Shown here: positions 50,101 through 60,819 of the stretch, piece after piece
How the letters are laid out: each line of letters starts with the position of its first letter
Numbering within the stretch: the stretch's first letter is position 1
From: Carpediemonas membranifera BICM
Lineage: Eukaryota > Protista > Fornicata
DNA length: 64,000 nt
Assembly: GCA_019828565.1 (NCBI GenBank)
Contig: JAHDYR010000005.1
Location: 1,171,370 to 1,235,369, forward strand
Direction: 5' to 3'
Program-made: the position numbers and the translations under genes
Notes under the pieces: generated by a model
Told to the model about the DNA's origin: nothing
Databases searched by the model: none
Seen by the model: the letters and a program-made list of their open reading frames with translations, nothing else

Positions 50101-50499
50101 CCGGTCGAACTCCTCAATCTCGGGTCGTGCACATCCACTATCGGGAGCGTAGATATTGATGACTGCCGTGGCCCTCGATGCTTTGAGGATGCTTACTTGG
50201 ATTCGTGGGTTCGTCCCGTCGGACACGCCTACGTCCCATTCCGCTTTGGAGTGCGGGCTAATCAGTGTGGCCAGTCCCTTTGTGGGTCGCTTGCGCGTTG
50301 CCTCTAATGGCTTGACCTCTCCTGCACAGGCGTACTGGAGATCTACCCAGCAAGGGATGGTGGTATTACCGTACCGCTTGGTTTCCTGGAGGAGGATCGC
50401 ATCAGTCCTTATCCTCTTGCGGATGGATAAAGCTATGGATCCGCTGTAATCGTTTGCGCCCGCTAGGTGCCCTTCGCTGTTTAGCGATATTATTCTCAT
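47140..50499 (-). CDS. LINE ORF2: AP endonuclease, reverse transcriptase, zinc knuckle (1119 aa, intact)
   Basis: SLN, LQET, NIYAP, GDWN, TIDY, SAH; GPDG, YRPISL, LDIAKAYD, KQG, FVDD, RYLG; CPLC..SHIICQC. Confidence 0.96.
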   Translation of the reverse strand: MRIISLNSEGHLAGANDYSGSIALSIRKRIRTDAILLQETKRYGNTTIPCWVDLQYACAGEVKPLEATRKRPTKGLATLISPHSKAEWDVGVSDGTNPRIQVSILKASRATAVINIYAPDSGCARPEIEEFDRMLEQTVANYEGCDIIIIGDWNRRPGKLRQATAMTLQRWNLTPIAPTAPTYGTNSRTSTIDYAAVTGGIQNPVVRVIDKTTIGHWGSAHKAIELTWDSNPTGKPEISKRLEIPRIDTWLVKPRRTGPKLEEWPPLDSKIPVDEMETLIRKWLSTGFATSRRHPFAVENQERIPSEVWERLAKASTWSKTAAKDIKKSLNGALSRSWRTFQHDWNEQVEVGSRDGYKTTKRILANQVFRFWNEKQHAGLPVMLKAGNKILARQREIADSLQEQYAKVSSGKEPTWETEPETDIEDHPPSLEEVTAAVKSIRKSSAGGPDGIIGDCLRDLPESAYEAITVLLAKVYDSGTMPTTWKHAAVSPIHKVGKDKLTPSSYRPISLTPLLYRAYGRILKWRLRPTVEKFIPREQVGFMKGKTVVDHIALLAQLHQSGNRTSVLLDIAKAYDTVPRDLLVNKLTLMGVHPRLTRAIRNTLTETYISVRGASTWSRTNMGVKQGCVVAPTLFILFTANWLSQAALYLRHREIPDPCLPPTDDRPKNCLIAMFVDDTSISAETPQLAEEGTDAVVRVIEAHGLQTSPGKSVVISTDVTAAVSIQGTPTLASDSARYLGLWLASGKNPLAACIKMKTSQSRKYLALARRAGWTKGSTPAATSESILRTFLWPKIEFGIEIWGQAPGGRAIWNNWRGLMAGTGPGGGGAARVLMGWMCWEADMGQRAVRLYESAHDPDRPTPLGNLDWATAERGSVLHRLYQWRRSVLQSTQEEMPARERAKRGGWTLTAEELLHTGSRTAKGVATVLAPEVILSMQQGKRPKKPGMIKGEMITRREVKRVIMTASNTLPSPSNSGRSRAILGSAIGQPQALLSRIKRCCPLCTLDSEGDTITRLYTVTRTAAETTKILSEWAYNQPLGTQSHIICQCKAVERPEGWNDILAEAHLRTQYHALRQGQEAEWYNSRAILEMLWLLRSEDHTVREGLQNGRRALLNLRKDG

Positions 50500-50519
50500 T
50501 CAGGTTGTTCTGACATAAA

Positions 50520-53185
50520 CTGCGGGAGTTACCCTGCGCGCACTAATCTGCTCTTTGTAGACATTCCCTTTTTGGGCGTACCTTTTGGTGGGTTGCTGAG
50601 GCCTCTAACCGAGCAGTCGTTTCCTTTTGGGCAGGCTTGTGCCTGTATTCCCTTAGTTCCCGGCCTAGGGCATACCATTCCCTTTCACAGTCGGGGCCTC
50701 ACGATGCTTGTCGGCATTGCTGCCGGTCTCCGCTTAGCTTCCTTCCTCGCCGCATGGCAGGACCATTACCTAACGAGCTTAGGTGGGAGCGACAGTGGTT
50801 GTTGCCCCTCCCAAGGCTGGAGTTACAGCCTGCCGGACAGGCAGGGCTCTTTTTACCTTTTGGTAACCCTGCCCCCGGCCCCTGTGGGGCACAGGGGTTT
50901 GTTGAAAAAGAATGTGTTGCATTTTTGCTCCCGCCGGAATGGTTCGCCGGTGTCCATTTGGACTTTAAGGCCCTACTAGTCACAGCCTGGCCATACATGC
51001 TGGTTCATATATACACTTTTAGCTCAGACTTATATCACACTACCCTCTGCACCTCTTACTTATGATTGTTTCTACTCTCCTTCCTTCTCCTCGCCTCTCT
51101 TCCTTCTCAGGTCAGACCTGAAGTTATCCATCTTGGCTGCTAGGGTGAAGCTGAGGGCTTCGTTGGTTGCCGAGAGTCGGGCCGCGCGGCTGAGTAAGTC
51201 CTCGTTCTCTTCGGTTAGAGACGAGCACTTCTCCGTTGTCTTCCTGAGGTCCTTCCGCATCTCGTCCAACGCAGCTTGGGCTGCTCTCCGGGCTTCCCGT
51301 TCTTCCTCCAGCTCCTGGCTTTTTGGCCTTGAGCTCGTTGATGGTTCTGGCTGCAGCTTCTTCCAGCTGTTGTCTGACCTCTGCTTCTCGCCGGGCCATG
51401 GCTTGGTCCAGCAGGGCCGCTATGCCTCTGCCCAGGTCGGTGTCCTCCTGTCGTGCTCTTTTTGGGCTGCAGGTCCTCTTGGTCCACCTGTCTGACCTGG
51501 CGGGTCTTGGCTGATGGGTTGGGGGGTATGGGGGGGGCACAGCTCTTAGTTGGAGGGGGCCCGGGCTCTGTTCGCTCTGTCCTGCTACTTTGCGGTTGTT
51601 CAGTGACAATTTGCCCGCGTGGAGGGCCATATAGGCCCCCTATGCCGCCATTCGGCAGGTAGACCTCCGTCCTCCTGTGGAGCATCTTGGCGAGTTCAGT
51701 AGCCCTTCGTCTCACCTTTGTTCGAAGCGCCTGCTTCCTCTCGGTCCTCAGTCTGTTCTTGGCGTTAGTGCTGGCGCCTTCCGGGAAAACACAGTTCAGC
51801 GTGTCCCATGGCTTCCCCCCTTTTGGGTGTTCCACGCCTGAGCCCGCCAGGGCGAGTTTGCCTATCCAGGAGGCGCTCCTCAAGGTGCCCACTCGCCTCT
51901 TCCCTCTTTCTGCTGGTTCATCCGTGATACCCCAGTCCCGGGGGAGGAACGAGGGGAGGAAGTTGATGGAGCCTGTCTCCGGGTCGACACACATGTTGGC
52001 CAGGGAGTTCTCGATCGTCGGCTGGGACCTCCGTGAAGTAGTTGAAGATCTTCTTCCTGGCTTCTCTGCCCATGTGGCCTCCAGCTATGTCGAATTTGTG
52101 GACGGGCATCAAAGACGCCGCTTGGGATAGGGTCATCGTTTTGGTGTCGCTGACGTCTAGAGTAAGCATCTTTTCCGCGTCTATTTCCGTGGGCTCCCCC
52201 TCAGGTTCGCCCAAGGGAAACCGTCTTGGACAGCGTGGCGGCGCCCGTTCCACTCTGAGTGGATTTCCAGGAGGATGGGTCGCGCTGGTTCGCCTACTCT
52301 CGCGAGCGATTCTGGGTTTCCGATGATCACGGCTGTTCCTTCCAGGGCTCTGGTGATACCCTTTCCGGAGCTGAAATCGTTTTCCTCCCAGTTGGTCATG
52401 ATAATCTGGCCCCGTTTGGGGTTCTTGGTGCCAAAGAGGTTGACTTGTTGGGACAATGGGGTTAGGCGACCGGCCGCCACGGTGCCGAGGCCGTGTCTGG
52501 CGTTGACTTTGGTCGCCAGGTCCTTGTATTCATCATGGTACGGCGACTCCCTGCCCATGAGCATGCTTCCTAGGGCTGTGAGGTGGGCTTCTACCTGCCC
52601 CCAGTCCCAGCCTGGGTTGTCTCTCATCCAGAACGCTGTTGCTAGTCTGGCGTAGAATATGGAGACATCTGCTAGGGCGCAGTGGCAGTGGTGGGGTGCG
52701 TGCTTGTGATAGGGGCACACCAATTTTGCCTCCGGGCGCTGTTGGTACCTTCTGGTCCAGGTCCGGCCCAGTTCGGACTGGGGTCGGGAGGGGAGGCCGG
52801 TGAGGCTCTTCTCCCCACTATTGGGGTAGAACCAGGTCAGCGTGTCGAGGATGTTGGGGAAGATCGTGTTGAGGTCAGTTTCATCCATGAGGCGTAAGCT
52901 TAGCCAGGTGCGGAGGTTCCCGTCTGGGACGAACTTCTCACTGGTCAGGATGCTTCTCTCAGCCTCGACTCCCTTAGCCACGATGTGGACGTGGGTCTTC
53001 TGTGGCCCCGAGTCGTCTTCCAGTCTCTTCAGCTCTGTAGCCATCTCGGTGCACCATCGCTTGGCGTGGGGGAAGTCTGCTTCGTATCCCTTGGGGGCTT
53101 TGCCCGTGGTGACGTCGACAAACGTAGCTGGTGGGCAGCCATGGATGTAGTGCCTGGCCCACAGACATTGGTCCAGGGCATCCAC
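50520..53185 (-). CDS. L-A upstream ORF region: DEDDh/Maelstrom-like nuclease domain (52181-53185), then Pro-rich and coiled-coil segments; frameshifted, probably 5'-truncated
   Basis: WARHYIHG, IVAKGVEAE, CPYH..HCALADV motifs; chain of overlapping ORFs inside the TSD-bounded LINE. Confidence 0.55.
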
Positions 53186-53212
53186 TGTGATGTCTCACTC
53201 TCAGAGACCTCG

Positions 53213-55996
53213 GCGTTCTCACTTCAGACGGCCTATCGCTTGGGCTCACACACTCTACGCCAGCGGCTGACGACGTCGTCCTCCCAGTGTTCTCGGTGTC
53301 CGGATCAAGGCTACAGTCAGCCCTTGCAGACTACCGCTCGGGCTGGCAGTCAGTCCAAATACCCTCGGACGAGCTCCGCTCTCGCGTCGTGCCACTTCTG
53401 CGAGAGTTCTCAGACATCTTCGAGCCGCTCGGTCCTGAACCGGCCAACGTTCCCCCCATGGTCTTGCACGTCAAGGACGATACCCTCGTGCAGATTAAGC
53501 CGCGCCGCCTCTCGCCTGATAACAGGAAGAAGACGAAGGAGATCGTAGCGGAGCTCGCCCAGAATGGCATCGTCACTCCCTCCAAAGGCCCTTTCGCCTC
53601 ACCTATCGTCCTCGTCAAGCAGAAAGACAAGACACGCATGTGCGTCGACTACTCGGAGCTGAACAAGCACCTCGTGGAGGATCACTTCCCGCTACCTAAC
53701 ATCAGAGAGTTTCTGATGTCCATGCGCGGCGCGAAGTGGTTCGCTGCTCTTGACCTCGTCAAGGGATATCACCAGCTTCCCCTCCACGAAGATTCACAAG
53801 CCCTCTCCGCCTTTGTCACGCCAGACGACTACCTACAGTACACCCGCGTCCCGTTCGGCCTTGCCTCGGCGCCCTCGTACTTCCAGCGTACCATCCAGGC
53901 TGTCATAGCACCCGCCATTGCCACCGGCCGCTGCAAGGCGTACCTCGACGACATCCTCGAGGCCGCCCACTCAGATGACACGTTCATCGACGACCTGCGC
54001 ACCATATTCATGGCCTTGCGGGAGCATAACCTCAAGCTCTCGCCCGCAAAATGCGTCATCGGCGCCTCCGAGGTCAGATCGGTCGGCTTTATCGTCGACC
54101 GAAATGGCATACATGTCGACCCCGACCGCATCCAGGCCATCGTCAGCCTCAGGCCCCCCCGGGACCAGTCTGAGTTGAAGTCAATCCTCGGAAAGATCAA
54201 CTACATCGCACAGTTCCTGCCTGACGCCACCAAGTCACTCGCCACACTCAACCGGTCACTCAGAGCCGGCGAGTTCGTCTTCGGCGAGGAACAACTGACT
54301 GCTTTTGACGACATCAAGTCCCAGTTGGCGCTTCACATCAGCCTAACATACCCAGACCTCGATAGACCCTGGCACATTTACACCGACGCTTCATCACTTG
54401 GCGAAGGAGGCGTGCTAATACAAGATGAGGGAGGACGGTACTCGCTCAATTCTGGCCTGTTTCCAGAAGACCTACGACAAGACCATGTCGAATTGGTCAA
54501 CATACGAACAAGAGTTGCATGCCGTGATCTCTGTCCTCACCAACAAGGTCTTCGAACCCCTCTTCCAGATCAAGTCTGACCTACATGTCCACACCGACCA
54601 TAGCAACCTCGTCCAACTCAGACGGAAGGCCCCGACTGTCAAAAAGCTTCTCCGCTGGGCCCTACGACTATCCGAGTTTCGCTTCACCATTCAGCACGTC
54701 CGTGGCGTCGACAACGTCATTGCAGACGTCCTCTCCCGGATCCTCCCCGACGCGCCTGTAGTCAACGCTGTCGTCCAAGAGCCTCACTTCGACAAGTTCT
54801 CCGCCGTCCACAATGACGCGGTCGGACACTTCGGCGTCGACGAGTGCATTCGCCGTGTCAAAGCCGCCAAGACCACGTGGCCTGGCATGTACAAAGACAT
54901 CAGACGCTGGATCAAGGCCTGCCCCCACTGCCAGCTGCATGCCCCTGCCAGAGAGTGCCCCATCGCGTATCACCCATCCTCCTCGGACGCTCCTTTCCAC
55001 AGAGTTCAGGTCGACACTCTTGGGCCCCTACCCACCACGCCGTCGGGAAACTCCTACATCATCTCGATCGTGGACACCTTCTCCAGGTACATCAGACTGT
55101 TCCCAGCCACGTCCACTGACGCCCTCGCGGCCGCTCGCGCACTTTATGCTTACTGCGGTGCCTACGGCGTACCTCGCGAGATCCAGTCCGACAACGGCTC
55201 GCAGTTCACAGCGAAGCTAATAGATGAGCTTACATGCGCACTCTCGTTGAATCACCGCTTTTCCGCCCCTTACAGCCCACAGTCCAACGGCATTGTGGAA
55301 AGGTACAACTTCGAGATCGAAAAGATCATCAAGCCCGCTACGATGCAACCCTGGGACGAACATCTGCCCTCTGTCGAGCTTATCCTCAATTCCAAGCAGG
55401 TTTCGTCCACCAAGGCCTCTCCTCTGGACATCCTCTTCCCATTCACCGAAGGGAAGGCCGATCCTTCGCGCCTAAAGGCCGCCCGCGAAGCCCTCGCTCG
55501 CTACGCCGCCAAGAAGGCTGCAATTCCCACCAATGTGCCCCCCACGCACGAGCCCGGCTCTCTCGTACTCCTCCTTCGCCCGAAGTCCGCCAAGATCGAG
55601 GCAAACTGGCGCGGTCCGTTCAGATATCTGCGCCGCGGTGACCACACGTCGTCGTCGATCATCCAACACATCACGACCGATAAGACCATGGAAGTTTCCG
55701 ACCGCCGCATCAAGGCCTGGACTGGCTCCACGGACCTCGACGAGCTCAAGACCCTAGTCGCCGAGCAAGAGGGGGAGTACGCCGTAGACCACATCGTCTC
55801 GGCCCGTCGTCCAGCCAGATCGAAGACCATATACCTCCTAGTCCACTGGGCCGGGTGCGAGTCAGCAGAGGATTCGGAGGTCACGCTCAACGCTGAGACA
55901 GCCCAGATGGCCGCTCTCGACGACTTTCTCAACGTCAGCCCTTCATGGAGACAGCCAGTCGAGGCCGCCTGCCGCCGCAATGGCTGGCAACTCTAA
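53213..55996 (+). CDS. G4 Pol (RT, RNase H, integrase, chromodomain), frameshift near 54440
   Basis: RMCVDY, YLDD, YTDAS, TDH, VDTLG/SDNG/VERYN, YAVDHIV..YLLVHWAG. Confidence 0.92.
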
Positions 55997-56349
55997 GCTA
56001 CTGTCAAGGCAGGACATTGGTTCAGCGTCCTGCCCAAACAAATAAACGATCCGTGCTAGTACAAGTTGTCTCTACTCTCCCACCCGTCAGAGCCTTGAGG
56101 GAAGGTGTGCCCGGCCAAGATGTCCGCCCGTGTCCTGCTGCAGGACCCGCTGTGCGCCTGTCGCCAGGCGGAAATGAGCTTTGACCGCTCTTGAAGGTCT
56201 CGGGCTCCGCCTCTGGGGAGGTAGTGTGGCAGTGTGCCAATCAAATAAAATATTTGATTGGCGATTCGATCCGCCATTCCGGTCGACACTGTTGTGTCGA
56301 CTTCTCTTTGACTAAAGCACCAAGTTGTTTTTCCGTCCTCTCGAGCACA

Positions 56350-56428
56350 TCAGCCTCCTCTCTCATACCAATAGACTTCAAGGTAGCCCACTTTTTCCGC
56401 TGCTGGATCGCGAGGAGCGCCGAAATGG
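56350..56428 (-). pseudogene. PAT/DIRS gag fragment, 5' continuation of 30620-31807
   Basis: Removing G4 restores SIGMREEA-ENLEEMFEDF, homologous to SSTMREEAEFLEEIY in 60820-61317. Confidence 0.85.
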
Positions 56429-56620
56429 TGTAGTGGGTCTTACCCAATACTTACATAGTCATACGTATATTTATACAGTCAAGGAGTTTCTACTCGACAC
56501 AATTGTGTCGAGTCTTCTTCTTTATAAACTGTTCTCTTAAGCCATACAGGCCACATTGAATTCAATCCCACCCAACAATGGTTGAAAAGAACAAGCTATA
56601 CGTACCTTTACTTAAGTCGG
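56429..56620 (+). mobile_element. Putative gypsy family G5 5' LTR (56429-56555), palindrome and gag stub
   Basis: 127-bp TG..CA segment with a CGACAC/GTGTCG hairpin as in the G4 LTR; followed by ATTGAATTCAAT and MVEKNKLYVPLL; no partner LTR in the window. Confidence 0.6.
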
Positions 56621-57126
56621 TGGGGGCGACTCTGGCACTGGAGCGGGCCTCTGCGATGAGGACGGTGAAGCTCTCGGAATCACGGATCCTGGAACGTCGG
56701 GCTCTGACGTAGTCCTTGACTGCGTCGGCGTAGTGAAAGCCATTGATGTCCTTAATGAGGAGAAGCTCATGACGGAGCATTAGCTGAAGCTTGATCGTCT
56801 CGGTTGTCCAGCTCGGGTGGAGGACGATGTCCCTGTAGAGCATCTGCAGCCATTCGGACTCGTTACGCATGGCTAGTGAGTCCGGGTGGCGCCACTCCAG
56901 CGACATTAAATCTCGAAGCGTCAATAACTCGCCTGTTAGTTCGTTGATGCGCTTCTGCGGATCTGGGATCTTCTCTGCTTCAGGCGTGCGGTCCCCGGTG
57001 TTGTTCTCGGTTTCTTCAGCCATCTGGCCGTAATTGATTCGATCCCGATTCGTTCGGCTCGAATAAATCGAATCAGGCAGATCCATCGCCCATGCTCCAT
57101 TATCTCACGCCGGAGCTGACGTCTCC
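56620..57126 (-). mobile_element. 5' end of another PAT/DIRS element (gag)
   Basis: EWRHPDSLAMRNESEWL..LRHELLLIKDINGF aligns with TWKRPASSTMREEAEFL..LRHRVLWVKDRYGY. Confidence 0.75.
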
Positions 57127-57839
57127 GTCAGACAGGCTGACGATCCGGTAGACTCCGTCCATTCCCACAGGGGGGGGTAGGTAATTTATTGTGTCGCGTT
57201 CTCGCATCGTCCCGGGTCTATCTCTGTGTAAGCCGGAGTAAATTACCTCGCTCGACCTTACGTAATGCCGAGCGTCACCCTCCGAAGGAGGGGATCGGGA
57301 GCAAGGCTGCCCCGCGGTTTCAGTTCGCTCTTGAACAACTGAACCGCCCTTATGAGACGCACGATCCCGTCTTTGAGATCGTATCGAATCATCCTCGACC
57401 TCTCGCGCCGAAGTTTTGGCTCCGCTGGCCTTGCCAGTCAGACAGGCTGACGATCCGGTAGACTCCGTCCATTCCCACAGGGAACCAGTCGCCGCCCAAG
57501 CGATTGCAGCCGATCGGTGCACTTTAAGACACTCTCGATGTCTTTCATGCAAGCTGTGCCCCGGCTGCAATTCATTGCATATGCCAACACAAAGAGCTCA
57601 AAACGAGGGTCTATAGCCCTCAACGGCGCTTCGTTGAGGAGTTCTAGCGATTTTTCACTTTTGTTGCGCAATTTCTTCATCTGATGCGCAATTATTGAAC
57701 CATCGAGCCTAAAAGAGACTCTAAAGCCTTAACGGCTTCCAAATAGCCAATATCACCTTGTCCATCAAGGTTTATGATTAGCCTCACTAAGGCCCACAAT
57801 CATACCCCTCGCAGCCACTCCTCAATGGCTTTGAGGGGC

Positions 57840-58706
57840 TTATCTCTTCTTATCCTTCTCTAATAAGGCTCTGAACGGGGCTACGGACGTGCTGTAGTCC
57901 AGGCGAAGCACGTCTTCCACATAACGGATCAATGAGTTCTGGTCAGCCCATGTGCCCTTCGCCGCAACAACCGGGATAGGGATACCCATCAGAACCAGGT
58001 CAGCCGCGCTCCCGCGGCGCAGACCGTGCAGTCGAGCCTGCGTGGAGATGATGCCCTTCACCTGGTCCTCAATGACTGAGTAGGGGTGCGACCAGAGAGG
58101 GTCTTCGGCCACCGCGCCTGCATCTATCCTATTGACTAGGACCTCAGATAGCCAGTGAGCCGGGTCTAGCTCCCCGTCGACTCTCGGGACGAGCTTCTCA
58201 ACGACCACTCGCCGGGTCTTAGTGCCGTGGATGGAGATTCTTAGCCCGCGGCGCGCGCTCTCCGCTCTAACGTCACCAACATGCAGGGCATAGATCTCTC
58301 CTGGCCTGGAGGTCGTGGCGTAGGTGGTCAGTGCAAAGGCGAAAGCCTCCTTCCAAAGGTCGTCGTCTCGAGACTGAGGGTGGGCAGCCCGAAGCCTGTC
58401 AACCAGAGTGTGCGCGCGAATCGGGAGAGCAGGCCCTCTAAGCTTCCCAAGAGCGTTCCTTGCCTGCTCTTTGATGACTGCGTCGGCGTCCAGCGGTGGT
58501 TCCCATGATGACACCCGGCCGAAGAAGCGACGGATTAGGCTCCACTTCGAGGTGATTGTATCCTTGGTGACCCTCGAGGCTTGGTCCTTGGCCCATGCTC
58601 TTATGACTTCGATGCTGCTAGTGTCAGGTGGAAGGGCACCCCAGAAACCCGAGAACTGTTGGAGCACACCCGCGACGTGGCGCTTGTCTACGAATCCACT
58701 TAACAT
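57840..58706 (-). CDS. Tyrosine recombinase of the PAT-like element
   Basis: TTSRPGE (R), GTKT (K), HGLRRG (HxxR), GTW, SLIRY (Y). Confidence 0.9.
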   Translation of the reverse strand: MLSGFVDKRHVAGVLQQFSGFWGALPPDTSSIEVIRAWAKDQASRVTKDTITSKWSLIRRFFGRVSSWEPPLDADAVIKEQARNALGKLRGPALPIRAHTLVDRLRAAHPQSRDDDLWKEAFAFALTTYATTSRPGEIYALHVGDVRAESARRGLRISIHGTKTRRVVVEKLVPRVDGELDPAHWLSEVLVNRIDAGAVAEDPLWSHPYSVIEDQVKGIISTQARLHGLRRGSAADLVLMGIPIPVVAAKGTWADQNSLIRYVEDVLRLDYSTSVAPFRALLEKDKKR

Positions 58707-60660
58707 GTCACCCTCGAGGGAGATGGTGAAGATGTCACTCCCACAAACAGGGCCGCCAATCGGTATGTGCCGTCCGCCTGCAGGGGGGTGATCGCTGATA
58801 GGTCCGCGTCCTCCGCTTTGACTCTGAAGAACATGCGGTGCGGAGTCAGCTCTCTCAGCGCAACTGCTGTGCCGGGGCGAAGAGATTGGAACATTTACAT
58901 AAACTGCGGACGTGGATGCCTTATGACACTGCCGTCGGCGATCTGCAGTCGGACACTAGCAGGACGAGGGCACTTGGTAGGGATCTCGGCTGTGTGGTCC
59001 TTGCAATGTGGAGGTGGCACAGCTTTGCATATACTGCTGATAGGAGCGCGAAGGGTGTCACTGCTAGCCACCTTCCTGTCGACCAGTCCATGTCTATGAA
59101 CCTGCTGTCGTCGACCGTCGACGGGCTGTGTTCTACTCGAGCTCCAAGCCACTCGGAGGGCCAGATCTCTTTCTGCATGGGACCCCACTCGGCTGTGATC
59201 CTGTCGATGATCCGACGAGGCGCTGAGAGCGTTTCGGACCTCGACAATGCGTCGGCTTGGACGTTCAAGTGACCAGAGACGTGAAGGAGCCTTATGCTGA
59301 TGGCCCTTTCGCTCAGTGTGGGTAGCAGGTCCCGTATGACTGAGTCTACAAACTGCGGAGCCTTGGTTGAGCCTTGCTTGTTCCACCAGCTGACTGCTGC
59401 CACCGAGTCGGAGTAGATGGTGACCTCCGCGTCTGTCAACGGCTCTGCTAGGATCAGTCTCACTGCTTGTTCCACTGCTCGGAACTCGAGCAATGTGATG
59501 TGCTCGTCCACCGGGGCCGGCCTGGTGAAGGTGAAGGGTTGACGGCCCGGGATTGTGATCACTCCGCCGAGTCCTGAGTGAGAGGCGTCTGTCATCGCTG
59601 TGATGTGGAGCGTCGGAGACAGACCCCACAGGTGAAGCAGCTCTTGGAAGGACCTTATCGGAGATGGCCGTGATAAGCGGCGCTCCCATTGGATCAGTGC
59701 TTCTCTCGCTTCGCCGGATATGAGTGTGCGGTAGCGGTCCTTCAGTTGGGCTCTCTGGAGGGGTCTGATAGCGGCTCGGCCCTCCGGCCAAATGATGGCT
59801 GCAAAGCCGAGATTGCCCAACAACCGCTGCATGCTGTGTCGTGGCCCCCGATGCCAAGGCCTCCCTGACTCGTGAGAGGTACTTCTGCCGCTTGCTGTCC
59901 TGCAGAGCGATCCCCCGCCGGCCAGAGTCCATAACGAAGCCAAGGAAGTCGGTCTGCTGCGTGGGTGAGAGCTGCGATTTCTTCCTGTTGATGACCAGGC
60001 CGAGGTTCTCTAGGAGCTGTAGTATGCCGGGCATCGCAGCGGTCAGTGTCTTCTTGTCCCCGGACAGGAGCCAGTCGTCGAGATAGATGGTCAAGTTGAT
60101 GCCTGGGAACATCCGTGCTACGATCTGCGCTGCTGTCAGCATCACCCTTTGGAAGAAGAATGGCGCTGGGCCCCAGCCGAAGGGTAGGACGTTGAAGGCA
60201 TAGGGTCTCCCGTCGACCACGAAACCCAGCAGCGGGCTGTCCGAGGCCCTGACCCCTAACTGGTAGTAGCCCTTGACTAGGTCCAAGCGTGCCATGTAGT
60301 CTCCTTCGCGAAGCTGGGCCATCGCTTGCTTGACTCCCTTCAGCCGAAAGGTTCGATGTTCCGTTGACACTGCGTTCAATGCCCTTAGGTCGTGGATCAG
60401 ACGCGTCTCTGGTGGCGTCTTCGGCACAGTGAAGATAGGTGAGATCAAGCTGGGAGACCGGCATGGGCCTGCCGCGCCCAGGCTCAGGAGGGTTTTCAGG
60501 TGGTCGCGGAATGCCTTGCGGTCCTTGGCGCGAGTTGGTGGTAGGCGCGGATGACGAGGGTGCGCTCTTAGGGATATCGGGACGCCCTCGCGTAGCCACG
60601 TAACCACCTCTGATGGCGCGCCCAAGTGCCTCCATAGGCGCCACTGCCTGTTGATGCAGG
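58700..60660 (-). CDS. PAT-like RT, RNase H and degenerate methyltransferase-like domain (frameshifted)
   Basis: RLIHDLR, LPFG, YLDD; TDAS, HITLLE, YSDS, ADALSR; DMDW..AVTPF. Confidence 0.88.
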
Positions 60661-60819
60661 GAAATGGTGGAACTGACGGGGGAGGAGGTGCTGTGGACGG
60701 GGGAGGAGAAGGCGTCGGTGACAGGGGAGGAGATTGAGGAGTAGTGGGATTTGTGGTTGGATGAGGAGTTAGGACCTGTGGACCGGGGCGAGGATCCTTG
60801 ATGGGTGGTTTCTTTTGAC

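Larger units (their letters stand above)
33131..53195 (-). mobile_element. APE-RT LINE (family L-A) with a 13-kb DNA transposon in its 3' UTR
   Basis: 17-bp TSD CACTCTCAGAGACCTCG at 33114-33130 and 53196-53212; (TTTC)n tail at 33131; intact ORF2. Confidence 0.93.
31808..56349 (+). mobile_element. Gypsy family G4, full length, carrying a 20-kb nested insertion
   Basis: 125-bp LTRs at 31808-31932 and 56225-56349; TSD TCAG (31804-31807, 56350-56353); PPT GGGGAGGTAG; gag-PR 31951-33130 resumes at 53213. Confidence 0.95.

Noticed and set aside
47252-50449. Long antisense ORFs opposite LINE, gypsy and YR genes
   Set aside because: Shadow frames of GC-rich coding sequence with no recognisable motifs.
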